Counted from the stretch's first letter, positions 26,332-35,031 are shown. The stretch: 64,000 nucleotides of DNA from an uncultured Candidatus Saccharibacteria bacterium (GCA_964616145.1 CAZTRD010000001.1:4024-68023), one strand, 5' to 3'. The notes: generated from the sequence alone by a model not told the origin. Numbers and translations are program-made.

Positions 26332-28080
26332 ATGAGAAAATTTAGCAAATTTGTATTAATTATTGTCGCGGCATTTTATTTATTAAATACCTTTTCATTT
26401 TTTGTCTTTGCACAAGATGAATTTGATGATCTCGAAATAACTTATCCAAATTTAACAGTATACGTTAATGCTCCGGAGAGCACAAGAACTTACCTACCAA
26501 ACTATATTAGATATATTTACGTATTCGCGGTTTTTGCTAGTGGGTTTGTAGCTTTTGCCTGTATTTTAATAGGTGGCTTGAGATTTTTGACTTCCGTTGG
26601 TAATCCCGGAGTAATGCAAGATGCTAGGGATCAAATGTTTTCTGGTATTATTGGAATGCTTGTAATATTTGGTTCGTATTTAATCCTAAAAGAATTGAAT
26701 CCCGATTTGACTTCGTTCTCTTTGCCAGAAATAAGGACTCTCACGAAAGGAATTATTTTATATAGTGATAGTAATTGCGGAGAAGGAAAAGGTAATGGAG
26801 AACCTTATAAAGCAGCTATTCTCGCTGAAAAGAATATACAGTATAAAAGAATAGGCGATACCAAAACCAATTTATCTCCTGAGGAAGATAAGGATTTATG
26901 GACTATAAATTCATTTTGGAGTTATCATAATAGAAAAGATCTCGATGTTACCTTTTATAAGAATAAAGATTGTTCTTCGGGAGGAGAAATAGAGAGTCCA
27001 GTTAATAAAAACGACTATCAACTTAATACCGGATGTTGCGATAGTAATGGCTGTGGCTCGGGAGGAGGATCACCTCTTGGGCTAGAAAAAGTACAGTGTA
27101 TTAAATTAGTTTGGCGAAGTCCTGGAGTATGGCTTTTTAATTACCCTGATGGAAATCCTTTGAATCCAAAAGGGGCGGAGGGTGTTGAGTATGTAAATTA
27201 CAAAACAAGTCAAGATAGCATAAAGGACAAAATTTCAGACAAAATACAATCTATAGCTCTTGCTAAGTCGAGTTCTGAAACAAGTGAAAGTGAAGAATAT
27301 TATGGTGCAGTAATACACAATACACCGGTTGGAGGGGGAGATGGAGGCAGTAGAGGATGGGCAGAAATTCTATTGCCAGTCAAAGGATTTGATATCACTG
27401 TTTATAATTTAAGCTCGAGGAAGCATGCCCCTAATTTGGAATCTGGCGTACAATCAATAACTATATTTAGAATACCAAAAAATGGCGGGGCTGATGAATC
27501 TGATGAAATTACTCTCTTTAGAGAAACAGCTAGAAAATTAAGTGGTACAGAAAACGGAACGGTTGTCCCTCAGCTGAATATTAAGTGGCAACCTGCCAAC
27601 GTTCTTAAAGGAACTGCTCCAACACCCCCTACAGATTTATATCTCGAGGATTTAACACAAAACTTATGTAAAGACGCGAAAGTAAGAAATATCAACGAAG
27701 CAATGAATGATGCTGATTCTTCTAATTGGGACTCTCCAAAAGACGGTTGTGGAGAGGCAAAAGAATATATAAATGTGGTGGGCGGAGTCAAAATATTAGG
27801 CGCAACGTGGAAAGATGAATTAGATCGAGAAATTAAATATAAAGGGAATCCGTCACTCAAAGTAGAAACAGAGATAGGCGTATCAGGAATATTTATGCCT
27901 TCAGACGAGAAATATATGGCCTTACTGTATGAAAAGTCTAGAGAACCAGGAAACCTAGCTAGGAACGGATACGACGAGTGGGTCAATGCTTGTATTATCT
28001 ATGGCAGTTATTCGGATCTTAAAACTACAAGCTGGGAGAATAAACTTAGAACCTTAGTGGTAATAAGGGAAAAATATTAA
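26332..28080 (+). CDS. Large secreted protein with an N-terminal VirB2-like pilin module
   Basis: 582 aa with a signal peptide. The module is IYVFAVFASGFVAFACILIGGLRFLTSVGNPGVMQDARDQMFSGIIGMLVIFGSYLILKEL. The ectodomain is unrecognised. Confidence 0.65.
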   Translation: MRKFSKFVLIIVAAFYLLNTFSFFVFAQDEFDDLEITYPNLTVYVNAPESTRTYLPNYIRYIYVFAVFASGFVAFACILIGGLRFLTSVGNPGVMQDARDQMFSGIIGMLVIFGSYLILKELNPDLTSFSLPEIRTLTKGIILYSDSNCGEGKGNGEPYKAAILAEKNIQYKRIGDTKTNLSPEEDKDLWTINSFWSYHNRKDLDVTFYKNKDCSSGGEIESPVNKNDYQLNTGCCDSNGCGSGGGSPLGLEKVQCIKLVWRSPGVWLFNYPDGNPLNPKGAEGVEYVNYKTSQDSIKDKISDKIQSIALAKSSSETSESEEYYGAVIHNTPVGGGDGGSRGWAEILLPVKGFDITVYNLSSRKHAPNLESGVQSITIFRIPKNGGADESDEITLFRETARKLSGTENGTVVPQLNIKWQPANVLKGTAPTPPTDLYLEDLTQNLCKDAKVRNINEAMNDADSSNWDSPKDGCGEAKEYINVVGGVKILGATWKDELDREIKYKGNPSLKVETEIGVSGIFMPSDEKYMALLYEKSREPGNLARNGYDEWVNACIIYGSYSDLKTTSWENKLRTLVVIREKY

Positions 28081-28082
28081 AA

Positions 28083-28547
28083 CTATTCATTAGGCCTGAT
28101 AACAATTCTTCTATTTTCGCCTTCCCCTACGCTCTCTGTAGAAACATCTTTTCTTTCCTTTAAAAGCATGTGAATAATCCTTCTTTCATATGAAGGCATA
28201 GGTTCTAATTCTTTATCTCTTTTATTCAAAGAAACTTCATCTGCTGTGACTTGAGCTAATTCTTTTAAGAAAACTGTTTTCCTCTTCTTATAGTCATTTA
28301 TATCCAAGCTAAGCTTAATCTCATCTCCGGCAATCTTTTTAGCAATCTTAGTTAAAATATGCTGAAGCATGCCTAGTGTTTCTCCTTTTTTGCCAATTAA
28401 AACCTGGGGGTCTTCCAATTTGATAGACAGAAGTATTGTTTCTTGATCATCATCTAATTCTACTCTTGTATCTCCGGGAAATCCTGTTTTATCAAAGAAA
28501 ATATCAGCTTGCTTTTGGATTTTTCTCAATAGTTCCTTTTTGTCCAT
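28083..28547 (-). CDS. jag: Jag/KhpB-like RNA-binding protein (KH plus R3H)
   Basis: 154 aa with LIGKKGETLGMLQHIL (KH) and EPMPSYERRIIHMLL...NRRIVIRP (R3H). Located downstream of yidC. Confidence 0.8.
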   Translation of the reverse strand: MDKKELLRKIQKQADIFFDKTGFPGDTRVELDDDQETILLSIKLEDPQVLIGKKGETLGMLQHILTKIAKKIAGDEIKLSLDINDYKKRKTVFLKELAQVTADEVSLNKRDKELEPMPSYERRIIHMLLKERKDVSTESVGEGENRRIVIRPNE

Positions 28548-29235
28548 GTTTTTCTATATTTTTATACAATAATTTTTGTTGGAGAATTCCGAATACTGTA
28601 AATACGCAATAGTATAGGGCCAAAGCTGATGGCCATCTGAAAAGAAGGAATACAATCAATGCGGATAACCCGTAACTTATGAATTTCTGTGAATTGTTGG
28701 TCTGCGGGGTTTTCTTCATCATCATTCTAATCTGAACTATCTGCAAAAGTCCAGCCAGAATAGCCAAAAACGGATTGGGCTTGCTTAAGTCTATTATTCC
28801 CAGAAATGTTGTTGTGATTATCTCTGGTTTTGGAATGAATCCATACAGCAAAGACATGTTGGATGCGTTGAAAACATCATTAAACATTCTATACATTGCT
28901 ATCAGAATAGGCCATTGCAAAAACATCATCAGGATCCCAGCAAAAGGATTTATTTCCTGGCTTTTATACAACTTCATCATCTCTTCTGCCTGCTTTTGCT
29001 TGTCGTTTTTATACTGTTTCTCTATTTCTTTAATCTTTGGTTGAAGAACCTGTAATACTGATTGCGCTCTTATCGCTTTTCTCTGTAAAGGCCACAAAAG
29101 AAGCATGATAAGGATAGTGAGTAAGATGATTGCAAAACCTAGATCATGACCAGTAACATAGACATAAAAAAAGACCAGTAAATTAAATAGTGGCTGCTTG
29201 ATAATTATTCTGAATAAATCACTTAAAAAGGACAT
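28504..29235 (-). CDS. yidC: Membrane protein insertase YidC/Oxa1 family (short form)
   Basis: 243 aa with LLWPLQRKAIRAQSVLQVLQPKIKEIEKQYKNDKQKQAEEMMKLYKSQEINPFAG and conserved rnpA-yidC-jag synteny. Confidence 0.85.
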   Translation of the reverse strand: MSFLSDLFRIIIKQPLFNLLVFFYVYVTGHDLGFAIILLTILIMLLLWPLQRKAIRAQSVLQVLQPKIKEIEKQYKNDKQKQAEEMMKLYKSQEINPFAGILMMFLQWPILIAMYRMFNDVFNASNMSLLYGFIPKPEIITTTFLGIIDLSKPNPFLAILAGLLQIVQIRMMMKKTPQTNNSQKFISYGLSALIVFLLFRWPSALALYYCVFTVFGILQQKLLYKNIEKHGQKGTIEKNPKAS

Positions 29236-29236
29236 A

Positions 29237-29560
29237 TTATTTTGATAAGATTTCTTCTAGTTTATCTTTTAATTGATTGTAAGAATATTTTTCAACACCT
29301 TTTAAAGCAAACACTACAATATCTTTGCCAGAAAGGGATTTAATGGATTGCCTTGCGGCATTCCTTAATCTCCTCTTTAAAAGGTTTCTTTTATTGGCCT
29401 TTGGTTCTATTTTTTTAGAAACAACGAATGCCATTCTGGCAATGGGAAGACTATTTCCTTTGTATTTCATTAATAGGCATCCTTTTCTAACACTTCTTCC
29501 TTTTTTACAAACATCTTCTAAGCCATCCTTTTTTGTAAGGCGGTTTATCTTAGAAAGCAT
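29237..29560 (-). CDS. rnpA: Ribonuclease P protein component
   Basis: 107 aa: RLTKKDGLEDVCKKGRSV...RMAFVVSKKIEPKANKRNLLKRRLRNA. Located downstream of rpmH. Confidence 0.85.
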   Translation of the reverse strand: MLSKINRLTKKDGLEDVCKKGRSVRKGCLLMKYKGNSLPIARMAFVVSKKIEPKANKRNLLKRRLRNAARQSIKSLSGKDIVVFALKGVEKYSYNQLKDKLEEILSK

Positions 29561-29561
29561 T

Positions 29562-29696
29562 TTACTTTGATAATTTTTTTCTGCCTTTTGATCTTCTGCT
29601 TTTTAGAACACTTCTACCATTCTTTGTAGACATACGTTTTCTGAACCCATGGGTTTTCTTGCCTTTGCGGATTTTCTTTTTAGCTAAAGTGACCAT
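29562..29696 (-). CDS. rpmH: 50S ribosomal protein L34
   Basis: Own translation (44 aa, below the ORF-track cutoff): [44 protein letters not shown]. Confidence 0.9.
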   Translation of the reverse strand: MVTLAKKKIRKGKKTHGFRKRMSTKNGRSVLKSRRSKGRKKLSK

Positions 29697-29794
29697 ATTT
29701 ATTTCTGTGTTTAATTATAGATTAGTATACACTTCAAAAATTCTTTGGTCAAACATTGCAAAAATAGTAATAAGGAGTATAAAGAATTAACATT

Positions 29795-29814
29795 TTATCC
29801 ACAGTTTATGCACA
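29795..29814 (+). promoter_or_regulatory. Two adjacent DnaA boxes upstream of dnaA
   Basis: TTATCCACA at 29795-29803 (perfect consensus) and TTATGCACA at 29806-29814 (one mismatch). Confidence 0.75.
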
Positions 29815-29835
29815 TAGGGTCCATTCCATGCTAGT

Positions 29836-29864
29836 TTGTATTGTATTTTTACCTTAACTATAAT
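29836..29864 (+). promoter_or_regulatory. Putative dnaA promoter (TTGTAT-17 nt-TATAAT)
   Basis: -35 at 29836-29841 and -10 at 29859-29864. The first ATG (29870) lies only 6 nt after the -10 element, so either the mRNA is leaderless or the real start is the ATG at 29882. Confidence 0.35.
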
Positions 29865-29869
29865 GAAAG

Positions 29870-31228
29870 ATGCTAAATACTATGAATAAAGAAGAGCTCT
29901 GGCAATTCGTTTTAACACAAATCCAACTGGCTATCTCTCCTGCTAATTTTGCGACGTGGTTTAAAAATACTGAAGTTGTTGATATCGAAAAGGATTTAGC
30001 CATTATTTCTGTTCCAAGCAATTTTTCGAAGGAATGGCTTGAAAAGAAATACGGCAAATTAATCTTGAAGATTTTAAGAGAGTTAAACGATTCTATCAAA
30101 AAAATAGAATTCAAAGTAAATCCCGCTGGGCAGCAAAAATCCTCTCATCAAAAATCTGTCTTGATCTCTCCGGATCAATTGAAGTTTGAAGATTTTTGTT
30201 TAGATAAGGAAAGCAATTTAAATCCGAAATATACTTTTTCCAATTTTATCGTTGGCCCATTCAATGAATTGGCTCAAGCTGCTGCTTGGGCTATCAGTGA
30301 AAACCCTGGAACAATGTATAATCCGTTTTTCATATACGGAGGTGTAGGGTTAGGTAAAACTCATTTAATTCAAGCGGTGGGGAATAAGATAATGTCTACC
30401 TATCCAGAAAAGAAAGTGAGATACACGACAACTGAAAGATTTACTACTGAAGTAATCAATTCGATTAGAAATCAAAGCATTGAAAAATTAAAGGAAACTT
30501 ATAGAAGATTTGATATTTTAATCGTTGACGATATACAGTTTCTATCCGGGAAAGAAAAAACCCAGGAAGAATTCTTTCATCTATTCAACGCCTTGTATGA
30601 AAGCAATAAGCAGATAATTATTTCTTCAGACAGACCGCCTCAAGCGATTTCCGCCCTAGAAGAAAGATTGAGATCAAGATTTGAGGGAGGAATGATTGCA
30701 GACGTAGGTTCTCCAGATCTAGAAAGCAGAATTGCCATTTTAAAACAGAAGGTCCAGGAAAAGAATTTGAATATAGATAACGAGATTCTGGAATACATAG
30801 CTCAAAACATACAAAACAATATCAGGCAACTGGAAGGTACTTTAAATCGCTTAGCCGCATTTCAAAAATTAGGTACTCAATCATTAAATTCTGAAATGGC
30901 TAAGAAATTATTGAGAAAGATAATACAGCCAGAACAAAAAAGAGCCAGCTATCAGAAAATAATTCAATCTGTAGCAGATTTTTATAGTATGAATCCTAAG
31001 GACTTATTCCAAAATTCCCGCAAGAAAGAAATTGTCAGACCAAGGCAAATAGCTATGTATTTCTTGAGAAAGGAGGTTAGCTATTCATTCCCATATATCG
31101 GCAAGAAATTCGGAGGTAAGGACCACACAACAGCCATTTACGCATTTGAGAAAGTGTCGCATGAGATAGAGCAAAATGAAATTCTGGCTCAAGAGATAAG
31201 TTCAATCAGAGAGAAATTATATAATTAA
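29870..31228 (+). CDS. dnaA: Chromosomal replication initiator protein DnaA
   Basis: 452 aa with Walker A GGVGLGKTHL, ILIVDDIQFL, and the domain IV motif RPRQIAMYFLR...GGKDHTT. An ATG at 29882 is an alternative start. Confidence 0.95.
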   Translation: MLNTMNKEELWQFVLTQIQLAISPANFATWFKNTEVVDIEKDLAIISVPSNFSKEWLEKKYGKLILKILRELNDSIKKIEFKVNPAGQQKSSHQKSVLISPDQLKFEDFCLDKESNLNPKYTFSNFIVGPFNELAQAAAWAISENPGTMYNPFFIYGGVGLGKTHLIQAVGNKIMSTYPEKKVRYTTTERFTTEVINSIRNQSIEKLKETYRRFDILIVDDIQFLSGKEKTQEEFFHLFNALYESNKQIIISSDRPPQAISALEERLRSRFEGGMIADVGSPDLESRIAILKQKVQEKNLNIDNEILEYIAQNIQNNIRQLEGTLNRLAAFQKLGTQSLNSEMAKKLLRKIIQPEQKRASYQKIIQSVADFYSMNPKDLFQNSRKKEIVRPRQIAMYFLRKEVSYSFPYIGKKFGGKDHTTAIYAFEKVSHEIEQNEILAQEISSIREKLYN

Positions 31229-31439
31229 AAAATGTTAATATCCTGTGTATTTCTTGTTAATTGGATAGAGGATAATTGTGGATAAGAAATGCGATATCTT
31301 TGAAAGATACTTATCCACTAATTTATTCAAAAGTTGTTCACAACTTATCCAAGAAAATTTCCAGACCATTACTACATTTCCACAGAAACAATACTACTTA
31401 ATAACAATAATTAAATATATTAAAAAATAAATTAAAAAT
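31229..31439 (+). promoter_or_regulatory. oriC candidate: DnaA-box cluster plus AT-rich unwinding region (dnaA-dnaN spacer)
   Basis: TGTGGATAA at 31277-31285 (perfect box, reverse orientation), TTATCCACT at 31311-31319, TTGTTCACA at 31334-31342 and TTATCCAAG at 31345-31353. An almost pure A/T stretch follows at 31385-31439. Confidence 0.7.
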
Positions 31440-32573
31440 ATGCAATTCACTATTTTAAAAGAGAACTTATCAAGAGGATTAAATTATGTAGAAAAAATTA
31501 CTGGAAAAAATTTAGTCCTTCCTATTTTAAATAATGTTTTATTAAGTGCAGAAAAGAACATTTTAAAACTGATCACTACTGATTTGGAAGTTGCCATTAT
31601 CCACCGTTGCATGGCGAAAATCGAGACAGAAGGGGAAATTACTATCCCCGTAAGAGTGTTAAGCACTTTTATCAATCTTTTGGATGATCAGAAAATTGAC
31701 TTTGAGCTTAAAACCAAAACATTATTCGTTTCAGGGAAGAATAATAAAACACAAATAAAAGGGCTTGATTCTAAAGATTTTCCCATTATTCCCAAGATAG
31801 AAGAGAATGAATGGATAGAAATCAATTCTGCCGCTCTCTGCGAAGGGGTTTCTCAAGTAATAGATTTCTCCAGCATTACCCAAGCCAGGCCAGAATTAAC
31901 CGGAGTGTATTTCTTAATCTCCGGAAACCAGATAAAGATTGTTGCTACAGACAGTTTCCGCTTAGCAGAAAAAACCATCAATTTCACTCAGGCAAGCGAT
32001 AAAAAACCTTTTGAGAAATCATTTATCATTCCAAGGAATGCTACCAGAGAAATCGTAAACCTGTTTGGAGGATTGGGGGGCAACATCAAAATATATTTTT
32101 CCTCCAATCAGGTAATGTTTGAATCAAGATTCTCAGAGATAGATAGCCCTCAATCCCAATTGATTTCCAGATTGATTGAAGGAGAATTTCCTAACTACCA
32201 GGAGATAGTTCCAAAGGAGTTTAAAACACAAGTTAATATTTCTCAAGAACAACTGCAAAAAAGCATTAAGGCAGCAGGAATTTTTGGGGGAAGGGGGAAC
32301 GAATTAATATTGGTGGCTGATTCTAAAAAGGGGCAGGTAGATATTTCTGCCCAGGATTCGGAAATCGGAGAAACCAGCGTCTCCGTTGTATCAAAAGTGG
32401 TCGGGGATAAAACAAGCGTGTGCTTTAATCATAAATTCCTGCTTGATGGAGTTATGAAAACCAGAGGAAAAGAAATCTTTATGGGTTTAAATGGAGAAGG
32501 AGGGCCGGGAGTGATTAAGTCAGGCAACACGGACGATTTCCTCTATATCCTCATGCCGATCAAATCAACATAA
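31440..32573 (+). CDS. dnaN: DNA polymerase III beta sliding clamp
   Basis: 377 aa. N-terminus MQFTILKENLSRGLNYVEKITGKNLVLPILNNVLL, then TDSFRLAEK. Synteny with dnaA. Confidence 0.9.
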   Translation: MQFTILKENLSRGLNYVEKITGKNLVLPILNNVLLSAEKNILKLITTDLEVAIIHRCMAKIETEGEITIPVRVLSTFINLLDDQKIDFELKTKTLFVSGKNNKTQIKGLDSKDFPIIPKIEENEWIEINSAALCEGVSQVIDFSSITQARPELTGVYFLISGNQIKIVATDSFRLAEKTINFTQASDKKPFEKSFIIPRNATREIVNLFGGLGGNIKIYFSSNQVMFESRFSEIDSPQSQLISRLIEGEFPNYQEIVPKEFKTQVNISQEQLQKSIKAAGIFGGRGNELILVADSKKGQVDISAQDSEIGETSVSVVSKVVGDKTSVCFNHKFLLDGVMKTRGKEIFMGLNGEGGPGVIKSGNTDDFLYILMPIKST

Positions 32574-32869
32574 TGTTTGAACAGTTATCAAAAGCAATTG
32601 GGAGGAGAAAAACTCTCTGGTCAAAAGAGAACATAGATTCCACTCAGAGAGTTTTTAACGAATGGGAGAGAGTAATATTGGACGAATATGGCCCGGAAAT
32701 GATTACTTTAGTCAGGCCATATTCTTTTAAGAATAATAAGTTGACAGTTTTTGCTAGAAACTCAACTGTTGCTTGCGAGATTCAAGTGAAGAAAGATAAA
32801 ATAAAAAACAGTATTAATAAAAATACAGAAGGGATAAGGATAAAAGAGATTATTCTGAAAGTAAGGTAA
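32573..32869 (+). CDS. DUF721/DciA-like protein
   Basis: 98 aa. Pattern W..IV...G......P......L.V......A.EL is seen as FNEWERVILDEYGPEMITLVRPYSFKNNKLTVFARNSTVACEIQ. Position after dnaN, with an ATG overlapping the dnaN stop. Confidence 0.55.
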   Translation: MFEQLSKAIGRRKTLWSKENIDSTQRVFNEWERVILDEYGPEMITLVRPYSFKNNKLTVFARNSTVACEIQVKKDKIKNSINKNTEGIRIKEIILKVR

Positions 32870-34760
32870 GGTACTTATCAGAAGCCAAATCCATTATCTT
32901 GTGCCAAATAGGGCCGGCAACTGCAACTGCGGCCTTTTTTGCCATAGGTTCATTATTATTATTCCCAACCCATATCCCAACAACTACAGAATCTGTATAC
33001 CCGATAACCCAATCATCTTTGAAATTATCCGTAGTCCCTGTTTTCACAGATACCTTCTTGTCAGCAAAATACAAAGATGAATTTCTTCCAAAAATTGGAG
33101 CTCTTGCTTCATTATCAGATAAGACATCATTTAGCATCTGACAGGTCTCTTTTGTTGCCACTCTTTTAGCTGTATTCTGTTTTTGGCTTACAATATTACC
33201 ACGATAATCTTCTATTCTTAATATGCTTCTAGGCGCATATTTCAGCCCTTCCGAGGCGAATACGCCGTATGCTGAGGTCATGTCTAAAAGCTTGACTTCT
33301 CCGCCTCCAAGGACCAGAGAAGGCCCGTATTCTGATGATGGTTTGGTCAGTGTAGTTATCCCGCAATCCCTAGCTGTCTCTATCGTATTTTTCATTCCAG
33401 CCATATACATAAAGACCTTAATAGAAGGAACATTTAAGGACTGAGCCAACGCTTGCCTTAGGGTTATTTCTCCTCTGAATAATCCGTCGTAGTTTCTTGG
33501 GATATAGTCATTGCCGCCCCAATTGCCAAAATTAGTTTGTGTGTCCAATACCTTCGTATCCGGGGTGTACCCCATTTCAAAAGCAGTTAGATAGGCAAAA
33601 GGCTTTAAAGCAGATCCTGGCTGTTGGCCTAAACCATATATGGCTACATTTACATCCGGCTCAAAAAGACAATCTAATCCAGGAGTGCATTCTTCAGGAT
33701 ACGGATCAGCGAAATAGTCTCTGCTGCCGATCATTGAAAGGATGTCTCCGTTATTTGGATCAATAGCGACAGAAGCAATGTTATTTGCATTATAGTTTTT
33801 AATCGTCTCGCCGCTGTCTTTTATTATCTTCTCTGCTTTTTCTTGGATATCCCAATCAAGAGTAGTGATAACTTTCAATCCATTTTCTTTTAAGTACTGC
33901 TCTCCATACTGTTCTAGAAGATAATCTCTAACATATAGGACAAAATGGGGCGCTTTGATAGAAGTTTTTTGTTTTTCAAAAACCAATTCTTGTTTTTTCG
34001 CTTCATCGTATTGTTCCTGAGTAATATATTTTTCTGTTAACATTCTGGAAAGAACATAATCCTTTCTTCCGAGCAATGCATCTACATGTTTGCCGTAAGG
34101 GGAATAATAGCTGGGTGCTTTGATAGCGGCAATAATTGATGCTGATTCAGCTAAAGTTAAATCCTTAAGGTCTTTGTTGAAAAAATGCCTTGATGCTTCC
34201 TGGGCCCCGTATACGTTTGTTCCTATAGGTATCTGATTTAAATACCATTCAAGGATCTGTCTTTTCTCATAATTTCTTTCTAATTCTATTGTTAAAACCA
34301 ATTCCTTGATTTTTCTTCCGATACTTTTTTCTTGAGTTAAAAATGTTGAGCGGATTAGTTGCTGAGAAAGAGTTGAAGCCCCATACGTTGCTTTTCTTAT
34401 CCTGAGGTTTATCAAAACAGATCTAAATATCCCCTTGATATCTACTCCATGGTGAGTATAGAAATTCTTATCCTCTGCAGATATAAGCGCATTGATTATA
34501 TTCTGAGGGATATCTTCTAATTTAACATATTCTCTTTTTTCTTCCCCGTAGATTGTATATAGCAAAACCTTTCCTGTTCTGTCATATATCTTTGTTGGTT
34601 GAGCTAATTGTCTTTCTTCAAAAACCTCTGGCCTTGGAAGATCTTTGGAATAATACACGAATAATACTAGGGTAAAGAAAATGCAGAATAAAAAACCAAC
34701 CCCAAGGAGTTTTATAATTTTTGAAAAAATGTTTTTGCTTAATTTTCTTTTAAAACTCAT
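32850..34760 (-). CDS. Class A penicillin-binding protein (glycosyltransferase GT51 plus transpeptidase)
   Basis: 636 aa with an N-terminal anchor. GT51 motifs: EDKNFYTHHGVD, GASTLSQQL, RKIKE. Transpeptidase motifs: SALKPF, KTGTT. Confidence 0.9.
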   Translation of the reverse strand: MSFKRKLSKNIFSKIIKLLGVGFLFCIFFTLVLFVYYSKDLPRPEVFEERQLAQPTKIYDRTGKVLLYTIYGEEKREYVKLEDIPQNIINALISAEDKNFYTHHGVDIKGIFRSVLINLRIRKATYGASTLSQQLIRSTFLTQEKSIGRKIKELVLTIELERNYEKRQILEWYLNQIPIGTNVYGAQEASRHFFNKDLKDLTLAESASIIAAIKAPSYYSPYGKHVDALLGRKDYVLSRMLTEKYITQEQYDEAKKQELVFEKQKTSIKAPHFVLYVRDYLLEQYGEQYLKENGLKVITTLDWDIQEKAEKIIKDSGETIKNYNANNIASVAIDPNNGDILSMIGSRDYFADPYPEECTPGLDCLFEPDVNVAIYGLGQQPGSALKPFAYLTAFEMGYTPDTKVLDTQTNFGNWGGNDYIPRNYDGLFRGEITLRQALAQSLNVPSIKVFMYMAGMKNTIETARDCGITTLTKPSSEYGPSLVLGGGEVKLLDMTSAYGVFASEGLKYAPRSILRIEDYRGNIVSQKQNTAKRVATKETCQMLNDVLSDNEARAPIFGRNSSLYFADKKVSVKTGTTDNFKDDWVIGYTDSVVVGIWVGNNNNEPMAKKAAVAVAGPIWHKIMDLASDKYLTLLSE

Positions 34761-34776
34761 ATAATACTATTGTAGA

Positions 34777-34807
34777 AAATCCCCCCTATTTTTGATAGGG
34801 GGGATTT
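34777..34807 (-). terminator. GC-stem hairpin flanked by A/T runs (terminator-like, readable on either strand)
   Basis: AAATCCCCCCTA-TTTTTGA-TAGGGGGGATTT. It lies between the small acidic ORF and the PBP gene. Confidence 0.5.
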
Positions 34808-34811
34808 GTTT

Positions 34812-34952
34812 TTATACGCCTTCATCTTCGCTAGCCCAGTCGTCTTCTAATTCTTCTGCTGGAGTTTCCGTTTCTTCCCCGCCCGTTGGCTCTTCTTCCG
34901 ACCAATCATCTCCTTCCTCGGCCTCGTTTAAAATATCTTCGTTATAATCCAT
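34812..34952 (-). CDS. Small highly acidic protein (46 aa), hypothetical
   Basis: Own translation: MDYNEDILNEAEEGDDWSEEEPTGGEETETPAEELEDDWASEDEGV. Below the ORF-track cutoff. Coding status is unproven. Confidence 0.3.
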   Translation of the reverse strand: MDYNEDILNEAEEGDDWSEEEPTGGEETETPAEELEDDWASEDEGV

Positions 34953-35031
34953 AAAAATTTTTTAATTTTATAATTGGCACGACCTTTGGCCTATATGAAT
35001 TATTATATTTTTATCAGTATCATTGTCAAGA

